Source: Octopus sinensis (lineage: Eukaryota). From it: 64,000 nucleotides of DNA. This document shows, piece by piece, positions 12,900 through 27,109 of this stretch. Position 1 is the stretch's first letter. The number at the start of each line of letters is the position of its first letter. Below the pieces are notes generated by a model, which was not told the origin of the DNA, did no database searches, and saw only the letters and a list, made by a program, of their open reading frames with translations. Where the stretch lies: assembly GCF_006345805.1 (NCBI RefSeq), contig NC_042997.1:181722001-181786000 (forward strand), written 5' to 3'. The translations under genes and the position numbers were made by a program.

Positions 12900-13780
12900 T
12901 AATATTACTGTTATTATAACAACTACATGCTATATTAGTTGGCAGAAATGATGTGCTGAAGTTTGCTGACAACAGATCGTCTGAAATTTCAAACGTCTTT
13001 CATATGATTTTCGGAGAATACATGGTAGCACTTTTCTGCAGGTGGAGAACGCGAGTCTCAATTCCAATATTCTTCAGGCTCTTCGGTAAAAGTGTAGACG
13101 TTGTGCCAAATGTTCTTATTATCACATGAAATAATTGTCAATATTTCTTTTAAGGTGATGCTTGTTTTGCATATGGAGGCGCAATGGCCCAGTGGTTAGG
13201 GCAGCGGACGCGCGGTTATAGGATCACGGTTTCGATTCCCAGACCGGGCGTTGTGAGTGTTTATTGAGCGAAAACACCTAAAAGCTCCGAGAGGCTCCGG
13301 CAGGAGATGGTGGTGATCCCTGCTGTACTCTTTCACCACAACTTTCTCTCACTCTTACTTCCTGTTTCTGTTGTACCTGTATTTCAAGGGGCCGGCCTTG
13401 TCACTCTCTGTGTCACGCTGAATATCCCCGAGAACTACGTTAAGGGTGCACGTGTCTGTGGAGTGTTCAGCCACTTACACGTTAATTTCACGAGCAGGCT
13501 GTTCCGTTGATTCGGATCAACCGGAACCCTCATCGTCGTAACCAACGGAGTGCTTCCATCCATGATGTTTTGCATATACCTGTTTGGGTTTGAATCTATA
13601 GAAATTTTTGTGTACAGACATATGCTATCATGTATTTTATACTATCTCTTCATCTCTGTAGCTAGATCCTAGTATTTCTCCAGTTGCTCAGTTTCTTTGC
13701 CATTCATACCATTATCATAAGGTATTGCAAAGTCTGATCTTACACTGTTTATTATTTTTGTGTCTTCTATAATCCTATCT
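12900..13780 (-). mobile_element. Old R4/Dong-type LINE 3' remnant, interrupted
   Basis: Minus-strand DFAIPYD..KETEQLEKY*DLA and FGTT..LPKSLKNIGIETRVLHLQKSA (restriction-like endonuclease C-terminus). Confidence 0.65.
13175..13565 (+). mobile_element. tRNA-derived SINE family C, full length
   Basis: A box tggcccagtgg, B-box-like gtttcgattccc, short (tcca)n tail; 12-bp TSD tgttttgcatat (13163-13174, 13566-13577). Confidence 0.85.
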
Positions 13781-13985
13781 CTTTTACTCTTATACTCTTT
13801 TACTTGTTTCAGTCATTTAACTGCGGCCATGCTGGAGCACTGCTTATAGTCGAGCAAATCTACCCCAGGACTTATTCTTTGTAAGCCTAGTACATATTCT
13901 ATTGGTCTCTTTTGCCGAACCGCTAATTTACGGGGACGTAAACACACCAGCATCGGTTGTCAAGGGATGTTGGTGGAGACAAACA
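13781..13985 (-). mobile_element. SINE family B, 3' fragment
   Basis: Closely similar to 14274-14480. Confidence 0.8.
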
Positions 13986-14273
13986 GTCTTGAGAACACAC
14001 TCTTCGTGGTAATGGCGATTTGACGTCTATATTTAGCATATTAGGAGTCCACTTGAGTGGTCATTCTTCGTAATTTTGTATATATATACATACATATATA
14101 TATATATATATATGTATGTATATATGTATGTATGTGTGTATGTATGTGTACATATGTATATATGTGTGTATGTATGTAAATGTACACTGACACATATCTA
14201 CAGATAAGTATAAAAATGTGCTTATTCAGACATACAAGTTCAACGATTGATGTTATACACAGACGCTGGCACT

Positions 14274-14692
14274 ATACTCTTACTCTTTTCTCTTTTACTT
14301 GTTTCAGTCATTTGACTGCGGCCATGCTGGAGCACCGCATTTAGTCGAGCAAATCGACCCCGGGACTTATTCTTTGTAAGCCCAGTACTTATTCTATCGG
14401 TCTCTTTTGCCGAACCACTAAGTGACGGGGACGTAAACACACCAGCATCGATTGTCAAGCAATGCTAGGGGGACAAACACAGACACACAAACATATACAC
14501 ACACACTTATATATATATACATATATACGACAGTCTTCTTTCAGTTTCCGTCTACCAAATCCACTCACAAGGCATTGGTCGGCCCGGGGCTATAGCAGAA
14601 GACACTTGCCCAAGATGCCACGCATTGGGACTGAACCCGGAACCATGTGGTTGGTTAGCAAGCTACTTACCACACAGCCACTCCTGCGCCTA
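14274..14692 (-). mobile_element. SINE family B (tRNA head, CORE-like box), full length
   Basis: Minus strand: tggctgtgtgg A box, ggttcagtccc B box, cttgggcaagtg CORE-like motif, internal (TA/TG)n, (aaagagta)n-type tail. Confidence 0.85.
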
Positions 14693-15346
14693 TGTATATA
14701 TATGTATAAATACGAACACAAAATGTACAGGTATATGCATATAACAAACCCAAAATGCATACACACTATACCTATGTACCTACCAAACTACATGCATACA
14801 TAATTATTTACCTTCCTACCTACTTACTGCATACCTGGGGGTAATTTGATTCATACATGTATATGCTGTTTTAGCAGTTGGTTCATTCTATTCAATGGCA
14901 TAAGCAAATAAAAGGACCTCTTCAACATGCTACAAATAGGTGCCAAAGCTCAAATAAATCATGCCCTGTCAAATTTAGAAAAGAAGAATAAATTGCACCC
15001 CGCCACACACACATACACACACCACTAAGAGTCACAGACACACAAACTCATATACATAGGAAATAATACATATATACATTTATGTTTATGTGATTATATG
15101 TGCAATATATATGAACAAATAATAAATCGTCACAAGAACGGGGAATAGCAAGAATTATAATGGTGACCTGCATATTTATTCTAAATATGTAATACTTTCC
15201 CGTAGATTCGGACGTGAATATGGTAATCGCTTTTGTTCGCCATTGCAGGAACACTAGTTCTTTCAGATGTATGTTCATAACACTCGATTTGTTAGAGTAA
15301 GCCATCAGAATATATATATACTAAATTATCGTTAATGAATATAGAG

Positions 15347-15420
<74 letters not shown>

Positions 15421-16135
15421 GAGAGACTGTTGCAAATGAAAACGGACAATTTCGTCTGCAACGAATTAATATTTTCGTACATAACATATAAATATGCACA
15501 TCTTTTAGAACAGTGTCATTGTATAAGATTTTGCTGGCAAAATTTTAAATGAACATAAACATTTATTTAAATGAAAGAAAATTACCGGAGAACTTTCATC
15601 TAATTCTTACAAATCTTTCTGTTAAAACTGTATTGAAACCATCTGTTAACAATCTACTGAAGCAAGTCAGCACATTTTCAGCATTACCACGGGCGATGGC
15701 GAGGTTAAGGCGATAAATCTACTCCGCAGTGAATGCAACGAATACTTAATTTTGTGAAAAACTTGTAATTCCAATATTTAATAAATTTCAGAAATCGTAA
15801 TTACAGGAAATATCTTGGAACATGAATTTATAAAAAATTTCCAGACGGTCAAGCCTTTAATAACTGCTTTCTTTTAGTAACTATTACATACCTAATTATT
15901 AAGCAGCTTTCTCTATTATAATATAGATTTCCATATATTATGACATGTATTACATAACATTGCATGAGATACGGAATAAATGGTATCGTCCGTTTACGGA
16001 AACAAATGTAATATAAATTTGACTTCGATTCTCATTTAAATTATATGTGTGTGTATACATATACATACATACATACATACATGCATACATACATTACATA
16101 CATATATACGTACATACATACATATATATATGTAT

Positions 16136-16264
<129 letters not shown>

Positions 16265-17129
16265 GTTGGTGGAATCGTATTCTGCATACTATTAAATGTG
16301 TTACCAAGTTACAATAAAAGAATAGGATAACTTTGTTTAGGGTCAAGCTGACAAGCCCGTTTGCGCTGATTGTAATTTTCAGTATGTGTACTTGAGCTGC
16401 AGTTCCAGGAATTTCATTGCAGACTTCTGACTACAAGAGGCTTTTGTTGAGGGAGAAATTTCCTTTATCTTATTTGTATTGTGATGATTTCCCCCGAACA
16501 ACAGTCTTCTTTGTATTCGTCTTTCTGTGTTTATTTCTCTATAAAGAAACGCACATGCAAATACATATACCTATGCACTTATTCACACAGCCTACACACG
16601 CGTGCACACATAGTACGCATACGCATACGCATATGCACATATGCATACTCACATATATCAAGGACGTTCATCCTGCGCAGTTGATATAAAGCAGTGCATA
16701 TCCAGATAAAACTATGAATATTAATTATTAACTATAAAAAGCAAATGGCTTTCAATTCATTATAAAAATGCTATTTCAAAGTCTGGAATTCAATGAACAA
16801 TTCAGTAAAAGGCTAAATCTCATGATGTCAGACAAGTAAAATTTCCACATGTGTTTCAAACCCATTACATGCATGAACAAAAGGTTGCTGTGTTGTAGCA
16901 TTGCTAGAGCATCGGAAAAATATCTTACGCAATTTCTTTCGGCCCTTTATGTTTGAGTTCAAATCTCAATGTAGTCCATTTCCCGTTTTTCTAATTTCCG
17001 GACCGATAAATGTAGTAATAATCAAGTACTGGGATCAATTTAATCGACTAAATATCTCCCATAATATTTTACGCTTGCACCTATAGTAGAAATAGTTAGA
17101 TATACTAATTAGTGATGAAATCAAAAGAT

Positions 17130-17345
17130 TTGAGGGCGGTGGTCTAGTAGAATCGTTAACTCACCCGCCAAAATGCTTAGCGGCATTTTTCCAGTTTTAC
17201 ATTCTGAGTTCAAATTCCGCCAAGGCCGAATTTGCCTTCTATCCTTTCGGAGTAGATAAAATAAGTACCAGTCGAACACTGAGACCAATGTGATACGCCT
17301 CCCTCTCACCTAAAAAAATGTTGGACTTGACCCAAAAGTTAGAAA
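17130..17345 (+). mobile_element. SINE family A monomer (another decayed copy at about 16880-17090)
   Basis: ttctgagttcaaattccgcc..gataaaataagtaccagt core. Confidence 0.75.
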
Positions 17346-17740
17346 GGATATTAAAAAGTTATACGTAAATTCAAGATGCATGAAAGGACCGAGTGATTTC
17401 TCCCCCCTTCTCTCTTTTTCTCTCTCTGTGGCTGTGTGTGTCTGTGTGTGTGAAAGTGAGAGAAAATAACGAAAGAAAGAAAGAGAATCGGGAATGAGAT
17501 TGGGAGGAAGGAAAGAGAGAGAGAGAGAGGAGGCAAAGAGAGTGAGAAGGTGATAAAGAGAGGGAGAGAGAGACTAAGACAGGGAGGGAGAGAGTAAATA
17601 TCTTTGTTGTCAACTGTTCGCACGTACTACTTTATAATAATAAAGTCTTTTATTGACAATCTACATTTCTAATGCTCACAGCTTACCTTAAGTATCAGGC
17701 TGTAATCTGACATTGCCTGATATATATATATATATATTAT

Positions 17741-17780
<40 letters not shown>

Positions 17781-17786
<6 letters not shown>

Positions 17787-19055
17787 GCGTAAGCTATTAG
17801 AGGATAGATTTATATTTATAAGAAGAAACAGCTATATAACAGATAATAACTTTATCAAAAAATGCTATGAAGATAAAAATAAACCTTTTCTATAATGTTA
17901 TTTAATAAAGCCTCCTTCAGCTTCAACAAGTGCTTCTATATGAGATCTAAATCATCTACCTGCTCGAATCAAGATGTCCTGATTCACTTTGGACATTACT
18001 CTGACTATGGCAGTTTTCAAAGAATCTTTGGTGTTATGGGCGCGTTCATTGACCTCTCTCTTAACAACGCTCCACATGTAATAGTCCAATGGATTGAGAT
18101 CTGGGGAATTAGAGGGTCAAATGTTAGCAGTTATGTGATCATGAACATTTTCAGCTATCCACTCCTGTGTTACTAGTGTGATAGTGCAGAGTCTTACTGA
18201 AACACACATCGCCTTCCATTGCATACACTGTCTATCCAGGACGTAACAATTATTTCCAGGACCTCAATGTAGGAGGCAGAGTTAACTCTAAGGCCTTGTA
18301 GAAAGAATTAAGGAGGCATCGCATGTCCGTCATTGCTACAACCCCTAAAACCATGGTGCATGAAACTTTGTATGCATAACACTTGGAACTTCAGAAAGGC
18401 CTGCACATAACCATTTGTCATTTCTTCTTTAAACTTTTTGTTCTTGGTCGAAGTTTTTCTCGTTTGAGAAAAACCAAATTAAATCTTCTACTGGAATTTT
18501 CAGTTTGTTTAAGAGCCTTTTAGATCTGATGTAGTGATTCTCTTTTGCTTTTGCTGGCAAATTAACCATTCCTCATCATATAAGACTTGCATCTGATCTC
18601 TTCGTAGGCAACATTTCTGACTGTTCCTTCTGACACACGGAGATCTTTTGCAATTGACCTCATGGACTTTCTGGGATTGCAATCAATGGCTTGTTGAACT
18701 TGCTGGATAAATTCAGGTGTTCTGACGGTTTCAGAGCGTTGAGGATGTTTTTTTTATGCTTTGATACTGATGATACCTTTCCATCTTCAGTATTTAGCTC
18801 CTTACAAACTTTGTAGACGAAAGATCTGGCAACTTTCAAAACTCGAGATATTACTAAATCACTATACTTAGCCTTTATAATCACAATAACAGCATGCCAC
18901 AATAACAGCATGCCACAATAACAGCATATCTTCATTTCTTGAGTAAGCTGAGTGTCTACCATTATTACTTTCTGAAACAAAAATTATATAGAGCTAGCAA
19001 AAATTGCAGCAATGACCCCCAAAATGTTATGTCCTCAAATACCTTACGCACCCTG
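17781..19055 (-). mobile_element. Tc1/mariner superfamily transposon, maT-like, decayed
   Basis: Imperfect ~24-bp TIRs (agggtgcgtaagctattagagga / tcctcaaataccttacgcaccctg); minus-strand PSNSPDLNPLDYYMWSVVKREVN..IEALVEAEGGFI with stops. Confidence 0.85.
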
Positions 19056-19104
19056 CACATATATACACACATGAACACACACATATACACTTACATACAC
19101 ACAC

Positions 19105-19136
<32 letters not shown>

Positions 19137-19242
19137 GCATATACATATATATGTGTGTGTGTGTGCGAGTGTGTGTGTGTCTACCTGTGTGTATGTGCGT
19201 GAATGTGTACGAGGGAAGGTAGGGAGAGAGAGCGAGCGAGCG

Positions 19243-19282
<40 letters not shown>

Positions 19283-19729
19283 AGAGAGAGTGTGTGTGTG
19301 TGTATGAAAGAGAATAGCGTGAGTGGCATATTGATCAGATTCCTATCTAGTTTATTGGCGATGTATTTTCAAAGCAGTGTCTTGTTGCGAAATAATTTAC
19401 GATTTACCAGTTAAACTTAAGTTAGAGACTAAGGTTTTGCAATCAAAGATGGTTTTCGGCCTAGAAACGTTCGTGTAGATACCGAAGTCCTTGGATACAC
19501 TTACATGATGTTTGCTTGCTTCTCAATGACTGCTTTATACGCAATACATTTCAAATTGGCCTTTAACAGATAAACATCGAAACATCAATCATCAGCATGG
19601 TGCATCGATATTTCTTGGATCATACAGGGTTACATGAACAAATACATGCTCATGGCGTCACACAATATGAGTGGGAGAGATAGAGAGGAAGATAGACAGA
19701 CAGACAGATAGACATACAGACTGATAGAC

Positions 19730-19827
<98 letters not shown>

Positions 19828-20497
19828 GAAAGCGAGAGTGAGTGGGAGAAATTTAGATAGATAACGAGGAGGAATGAATACGTGATAGAAAGATTGTTAC
19901 AAGTAATGAGGATAAGAGAATGTTGAGACAAACGTATGTATGTATGTATATATGTATGTATGCGTGTGTGTATGTATGCATGTGTGCATGTATGTACGCA
20001 TGTGTGTATGTGTTTATGCTTGTGTCTATGTACGTATGTATGTATCTATGCAAGTATGAATGCATAATATATGGGGAAATTTGATATATTTGATATTTCT
20101 TGTAGAAATGAATATTAAAACATCTCGTATATTTATCAATTCGACCTAGTTCTTGCTATTGTATGACTAAAGTGAATTACTTCCCGGGGGAACTGAAACT
20201 ATAATATCAGCAATGAATAAACAGATAAGCACATATGTATGCACGGATACATATATAAACATAATACTCAGGCACACACTCTCACAAGCACACGCGCGCA
20301 TGCGTGCGCATACATTGTATGTATGTGTGCGAGCGTGAACGTGTATATATGCGCGTGTATGTGCCTGTGTATACATATTTACTTATGTTTATTTATGTAT
20401 GTATATATCTCTGAGTAAGTTTGCGTCATTTATTTGAACAAGTGAGCCGCTGTGTATGTATGTATGTATGTATGTATGTGTGTGGGTGTCCGTGTAT

Positions 20498-20622
20498 GCC
20501 TCCATACACACGCGAACACATATGTATATGTTTATATGGGGGAGTATGTTTGTATCCATATATATATATATATATATATCCATGTTGGTACGGATGGCTG
20601 TATGCATGCTTGTATATATATG

Positions 20623-20657
<35 letters not shown>

Positions 20658-20699
20658 GCTTGTATATATATGTATATATATATATATAATATATATATA

Positions 20700-20750
<51 letters not shown>

Positions 20751-20757
20751 CATATGC

Positions 20758-20833
<76 letters not shown>

Positions 20834-21213
20834 CATTTCAACAATTGAGGGCAAAATTAATTAATTATTAATCAATTTCACCAAGTGTTCAGTATGCAAA
20901 GGGACCATTCAAGGCGAATTCAAATTATTACATTATATAAAAGGGCTTAGTAAAATAAATTACTTTGCCGCATACTGAACTCATTAGAAATAGCAGCTAA
21001 AAAACTTTTTTAAAGCTATTTCTAATACTTAAAGAAAATCTCTCTCATATATAGTGTTTGCTTAATTCAACTCACAAAAGTTTGGGGGTAAGGACATCGA
21101 AAAATCAAAAAGCATGCATACAGCCATCCGTACCAACATGAATATATATATATGTATACAAACATACTCCCCCATATAAACATATACATATGTGTTCGCG
21201 TGTGTATGGAGGC
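20498..21213. repeat. ~105-bp inverted duplication (20498-20611 / 21110-21213)
   Basis: Near-exact reverse complement apart from the length of an internal (TA)n. Confidence 0.85.
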
Positions 21214-21651
21214 AAAGTGCTTTCGCATGTCTCTAAACCAGCATCTGTCTTGTCTCTGAAGACGGTGATAGCGATATGTTAGCAATATGCAAACGCCACG
21301 GTGAACGCCGTGGGGCTCTCATTTCTGTTGCTACAAACATCTTTGATGGTGGTTCAGCAGGCCCCACCGTGATGCTACAGCGATGACGTTGCTCTTAGTT
21401 TTTCTTCTTTCTCCCTTTTTTGTCTGTTTGTTTAAGTTAATGTTGCTGCCTAGTTGTTTATACTGCTTCTGTTATTTTCGCTCATAAAGCTTACATATCT
21501 ACCCACCAGTAACTTTAGTTGCTCAATTCATCTGATCTTTTCTAGGTGTATCCTCTCTGCCGTTGCTTAATCCTTGGTAAACATGATTGATCAAAAACTC
21601 AGACGGATTTATTCCAATTTAGACCAACCCATCTCTTGCCAAACATTGTAT

Positions 21652-22213
21652 CCTCTGTGTGAAAAGTCTGGTTGCATACACGTTAGCATATATCAGGTGC
21701 ATACAATAAACAACACAGTTAATTAAGATTTATTCAGTGAGTTCTATTCAACACATGTTTATACGTGGAATTAGCAGAATCATTATTAACTTTAGTTTTA
21801 GCCGATAAAGTTGAACTGACAAACATTGTATCCTCTGTGTGAAAAGTCTGGCTGCATACACGTTAGCATATATCAGGTGCATACAATAAACAACACAGTT
21901 AATTAAGATTTATTCAGTGAGTTCTATTCAACACATGTTTATACGTGGAATTAGCAGAATCATTATTAACTTTAGTTTTGGCCGATAAAGTTGAACTGAC
22001 AAACCCTACAATGAGGCATGAATTGCTCGAAGCCGTCTTGCAGTCTTGGGAAGAGCTATCTGAGCGGAAAATTCGTGGATGTATTCAACATCAAACTCGG
22101 CGTCAAATAGTTGACTGTCGTGGTGGTAACAGATTCGTGTAATAAATTTTGTGCTTATTTTGGTTTCATAATATATATTTTTTTCGAATGCAGCCAGACT
22201 TTTCACACAGAGG
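21652..22213 (+). mobile_element. Internally deleted Tc1-like element with tandemly duplicated left end
   Basis: TIR cctctgtgtgaaaagtctggctgcat at 21652 (one mismatch) and 21832, reverse complement at 22188-22213; 180-bp tandem duplication 21641-21820/21821-22000; Tc1 C-terminal-like NPTMRHELLEAVLQSWEEL..VDCRGG. Confidence 0.8.
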
Positions 22214-23618
22214 TATATATCAGACAGCATTCTCTAATGTGTTCATTTACTAAAAATGGTTGCGTAGGTTTGAAGACAATTTGACTGATATTTCAAGCAT
22301 TTCGAGAACCTACGTTGGCTAGTCCGATATTGTTGATGCCTTCAGTTTCTTGAAATCCTGCAACAAATGGTCGGTTCATGTGGACCCGAAGGAAGTCTTC
22401 TCAGTTAAGGAAGACACTCAATCGTTCGACTGTCTATGTAATACTCGAGGTCTCTGCAGTCGAGGAAGAATGTTGTTACAGAACGACATTTACATAACCT
22501 AGGTAAAATTTGTCACGTTAATGCACGCTTAGGTATTCTTTATATCAATAACTTGCATTTTAAACATACCTTGCTCTCTCTCTCCCCTTCTCTCTCTCGT
22601 GACATCCGTTGATGCATCTTTATTTTTTTACATTAACATGGTAGGGTTGCTACTCATTTACTCTTGGTGATCATGTCGTTCCCCCAGCATTTTGCCCATA
22701 TGATATACTTGTGTGTATGTTTATGTGTTTGTATGTACTTCTTAAATGCGAGGAATCCTATGCTGTGACCTTTATCTAACTTCTAACGTTTAACACGGAA
22801 GTCATAAAATAAAATTCTGCATTCCTATGAAGATTGCATTCTGTTTTATAACGACAGAAAATGTAATCTTTCTGGCTGCTCATTAACCAACATAAATTTC
22901 AAGTTTATTCACAGCTATTTCAGTCTCTATTGGCTTCTAACTAAAAGAAGGAATGCAGCTATATCTTCCTTATGAAATAATGTTTTATGTCGATTGGAAT
23001 TATTTTCATAGACTATTTGGGATTTGACATATGAAAATAGGTTGTCCACAGGATTATATTTCAGAGACTCGACGTATAAATGTAAGGAACTAAACTCTGT
23101 GTTAAGCATTCATGTGTCTAATGAAACCAAAACGGGTTGTAACGATTGAACAGTCTGCTGTTCTGAGATACACATACGTCATCTCTTACTGCCATGGCTT
23201 GATATTTTTCATTTCTTTCTTGATTGCAAAGATAGGCATATGTGTGTGTGTGTGTGCATGTGGGTGCGCGCGCGTGTGTGTAAGTATATATATGTATATG
23301 TACGTGTCTATGTATTGTGTATGTATATGAATATGTATTTGTGTACACACACACACACACACACAAACACATGCACATATGCATATTAGTAGTACCATCG
23401 AACGAAAGAGCACTCAGTATCATTAAGTAGAGTAATAATTTAATTGCTTGGCAGTAAACGTGAAAATTACGATTAAAAATATAGAACAAGAGTTTAGCTA
23501 AGGTCAGCTTATTAAATTAATTAATACTCTATTTTATGGCAATGAGTAATTTTCCTTTCGCTTGCTGATATTATTACTGTGGTTAGTGTTGTTGTTGCTG
23601 TTGTTGTTGTTATTATTA

Positions 23619-23696
23619 TTCAGTAGTCTTATTTTTATAACATGCTTTCACTGCACTACCGAGCGCAGCTCTCTGTGCCTTGGGTATGCGCTGTAG

Positions 23697-23700
<4 letters not shown>
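23619..23700 (-). mobile_element. ~80-bp 3' tip of the R4/Dong subfamily seen at 41097-43362
   Basis: Reverse complement matches about 43285-43362; (TAA)n on both sides. Confidence 0.85.
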
Positions 23701-23771
<71 letters not shown>

Positions 23772-23773
<2 letters not shown>

Positions 23774-26207
23774 TCTATGTTTGACTTTTGCTTTATGTTT
23801 GTACAAGTTGGCTCCAAGTCTCACCCAGAGACCTCAAGAGACAACAGGTTGGAAGTTCACATTGTTGTTATGCCTAGTGTGCCATATATTTGGGTTTTTT
23901 TTGGTGTTGTACTAGTGAATGTCTAATAAATAAATTAAAAAAAAAGTTTGTTTTAAACCTTGGGATTACATAGAGAGTATTTTGCGTAGGATATGAGCAG
24001 TTCCCATGAGTACTATCTTTTGAATTTCTGCCATTTTGGGGTTTCTTGGTATCTGAGTTAGGTAGCAATCAGCCCCTTTCACTATCATTCCCAGGGCACC
24101 TATGACAACAGCTATTGTTTTAGTCTTCAGGTTCCACATTTTGCTGATTTCTATTTCAAGATCTTTATATTTGCTAAGTTTTTGGTAGGTCTTGACAGAT
24201 ACGTTTATATCGATTGGGACAGTCATATCAATGAGGAGGCATGTTCTTTGCCTGAAGTCTTTCACTATGATGTCTGGCCTATTTGCATCTATCTTTCTGT
24301 CAGTTTGAATGGTGAAGTTCCAGAGGAGTGAGATGTGGTCATTTTCAAGCACTGGAGGTGGATTGTGTTCCCACCAATTTTTTTCATGGGGCAAATCCAG
24401 GTTTTTGCAGATTACCCAGTGAATATATTGTGCAGCCCTATCATGCCTGTTGAGGTACTCTGTAGGCGCTAGAAGACTGCATTTGGAGACAACATGATCA
24501 ATGGTTTCATTTTGTTGTCGACATACACGACATGTTGGGCTACTGCCGTTCTTTAATATGTTGGCCTGGTAGTTTCTTGTTAGTAGGCATTGATCTTGAG
24601 CTGCTATGATAAACCCTTCTGTTTCAGATTTTAAGCCAGAAGCCATTAGCCATTGATGGGTCAGGGCTTTGTCAATATCTGCATTATTCGCTCTCTTTGG
24701 GTATTTGCCATAGAGAGGTTTCTCTTGCCATTTATTATTCAGAATATCTAAGGCCGCAGTTTTGGCACGGGTTTTCATGCGCTTAGCTTTTTCTGTGCTT
24801 GTTTCTTGTATGTCTATCTCTAATTCCGAAATTTGTTGTATTCGGAATTCACTTAGATATTCCTTTGCCTGTTTTGTTACAGAGTATGATGCTTTCTTGT
24901 TTTCATGTTTTGAGACAAGTTTTAACATCCAGTCCTCAGAGTTTTTCAGGTAGGTGTCTAGGCCAATTGTAGCAATCTTCATTGTTATTGCCAGTTGTAA
25001 AAGACCACGGTCTCCCTCTTTTCTTGGCAGATAAAGTCGTTCTGTATCTGCCTTAGGGTGATGCATCCTATGCATTGTCAACAGGTTTCGTATTTTTCTG
25101 TCGAGCTGACATATTTCAGTAATTGACCAGTTAACGATGTTGAAACTGTAAGTTACGACTAATGCATTGATCGCTTCGATCCTGTTTCTTGCATTCAGCT
25201 CTGTCTTGAGTATTGCTCTCACTCTTTGATAACATTCTCTCCTGATCCTTTCCTTCATCTCTGAATGCCTTATTCCGTCCCCTTCAATTACCTCTAGGTG
25301 CGTGTAGCTCTCCGCTGGGTCTAGTTCTTTTATGACATTCTGCTGGTCAAGGTTAACGTTAGATGTTTCTGTCATTTTTCCTTTGATAAAGGTAGCTTTT
25401 GCACATTTATCGAGGCCGAATTGCATTCTGATGTCGTCACTGAATTGTTTGTCTATCGCTAGTAAGCCCTTGAGTTGTTGGTCATTTTTTGCAAAAAGCT
25501 TTAAATCATCCATGTAAATGAGATGATTTATATTTTTATCAAACATTTTATACCTGTACTGCGCGTCATTGAGCAGTTTTGAGAGAGGTATTAAGGCTAA
25601 ACAAAAGAGGAGTGGTGACAGTGAGTCACCCTGGAAAATGCCACATGAAATTTTTACATTACCAGCATTTAGGGATTCATTGTCACTGTTCAGAGTTAGT
25701 GTGGTTCTCCATGCTCTCATACTTACAGTCAAAAAGTTTCGCAGAGCAGGTGCTATCTTATACATTTCCAGGCATTTCCTAATCCAGCTATGTGGTAGGC
25801 TATCAAAAGCCTTTTTATAGTCTATCCAGGCTATTGATAAGTTTTTGTGTCGTTTGTGACAATCTTCTAAGATCATCTTATTGATGAGTAGTTAATCTTT
25901 ACAGCCGTAGGATCCACGTTTACATCCTTTCTGTTCATTATGGAATATGCTGCTGTCTACTAAAAAACTATTAGTATATTCCGTCAGGACAGATGTTAGC
26001 GTTTTATACATAGTTGTTAAGCAGGTTATGGGTCTATAGTTTTTTGACTCATTTGTTTCTTCACTTTTTGGAAGCAGGAATGTTAACCCATTAACTAGCC
26101 AAGGAGGCATCCTACTAGGGTATTGCAAAACATCATTGTACAGTTCTGTTAGCAGTTCATGGCTCTCTGGGAAGGCATTCAGCCAGAAGTTAGCAATTTT
26201 ATCCTTT
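23772..26207 (-). mobile_element. R4/Dong-clade LINE, 5'-truncated, in a (TAA)n array
   Basis: RT, CCHC and restriction-like endonuclease domains; (TTA)n on both flanks. Confidence 0.92.
23966..26206 (-). pseudogene. RT / CCHC zinc knuckle / restriction-like endonuclease ORF with a single nonsense codon
   Basis: YRPITC, EQKG, WIDYKKAFDS, GIFQGDSLSPLLF, YMDD, CRVC..ETIDH..C, RHD, RPDIIV, LIDM, KLSKY. ORFs 25892..26128 and 23966..25876 are in frame, separated by one TAA at 25892-25894. Confidence 0.92.
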
Positions 26208-26218
26208 TATTATTATTA

Positions 26219-26263
<45 letters not shown>

Positions 26264-26309
26264 CATCATCATCGTCGACGTCGTCATCATCATCATCATC
26301 ATCATCATC

Positions 26310-26378
<69 letters not shown>

Positions 26379-26800
26379 GTTATTTATTTATTTATTTAAA
26401 AAAAATTTTAATGGAAATCTCTCCAACAAAATTTCTATCATTTTAACAAATATGTATAACATCAAAACTTTAGAAAACTCAGGAATCAACCAAATAATAC
26501 ACATATATATTTCCAATAAAGCACCAAGCAACCAGTGATAAATCTCAACCAAGCAGGGGGTTACAAAACAAAAGGAAAGAAAACCAAAATCTGGGAGCTT
26601 CCCTAAGAATCGTAAAACGATCAACCCAACATTTAAGATTATAATTGTTAAGGAAAAAAGTTCCACAGGATAAATGTCCGAGGAAAGAATCAACTAGAGT
26701 AATTCTAACCTAACAACATCACCAACTTCTTGCAGCCGGCTGATCACTGTAAACAAGCTGAGACCGACATTTTAAATAATAGAGAAGCATGCCATTATAT

Positions 26801-27104
26801 TTCGTCTTTGGATTTGGCTTGCAAGATTCTTTATATGAGTTCGTGTGTTGAAGCATATTCTGTTGTGTCTGGGGAGAGTCATTTTCTTTTTGTGCCTTAT
26901 ATTTTAACACACTCACCGGTAAAATTTCCACTTATTTCTTGTTTTTATTTTCCTTATTTCTTTTTTCAATAGTCTCGAAAAGGTTGCAAGACGCAACGAA
27001 AATTTTAGGAAAATAAAAATAAGAAATAAGTGGAAATTTTACCGGTGAGTGTGTTAAATTATAAGGCACAAAAAGAAAGTGACTCTCCCCAGATACAACA
27101 GAAT
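26801..27104. mobile_element. Small fold-back element with a 102-bp IR and an HHR-like spacer
   Basis: IR 26853-26954/27007-27108; flanking direct repeat atgccattatat (26789-26800, 27105-27116); spacer has gttgc-aagac-gcaac-GAAA-at-TT-tag. Confidence 0.7.
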
Positions 27105-27109
27105 ATGCC

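Noticed and set aside
13042-13085. Apparent micro-exon (ttttctgcag..gtaaaa)
   Set aside because: Lies antisense within a decayed R4-type LINE coding remnant.
13175-13250. tRNA genes (also near 14620-14692, 32640-32717, 58330 and 59563)
   Set aside because: A/B boxes without a complete cloverleaf, continuous with SINE or PLE bodies.
23112-23155. ctaatga-aacc..ggtt-gtaa HHR-like motif
   Set aside because: Two core mismatches and no stem I partner.
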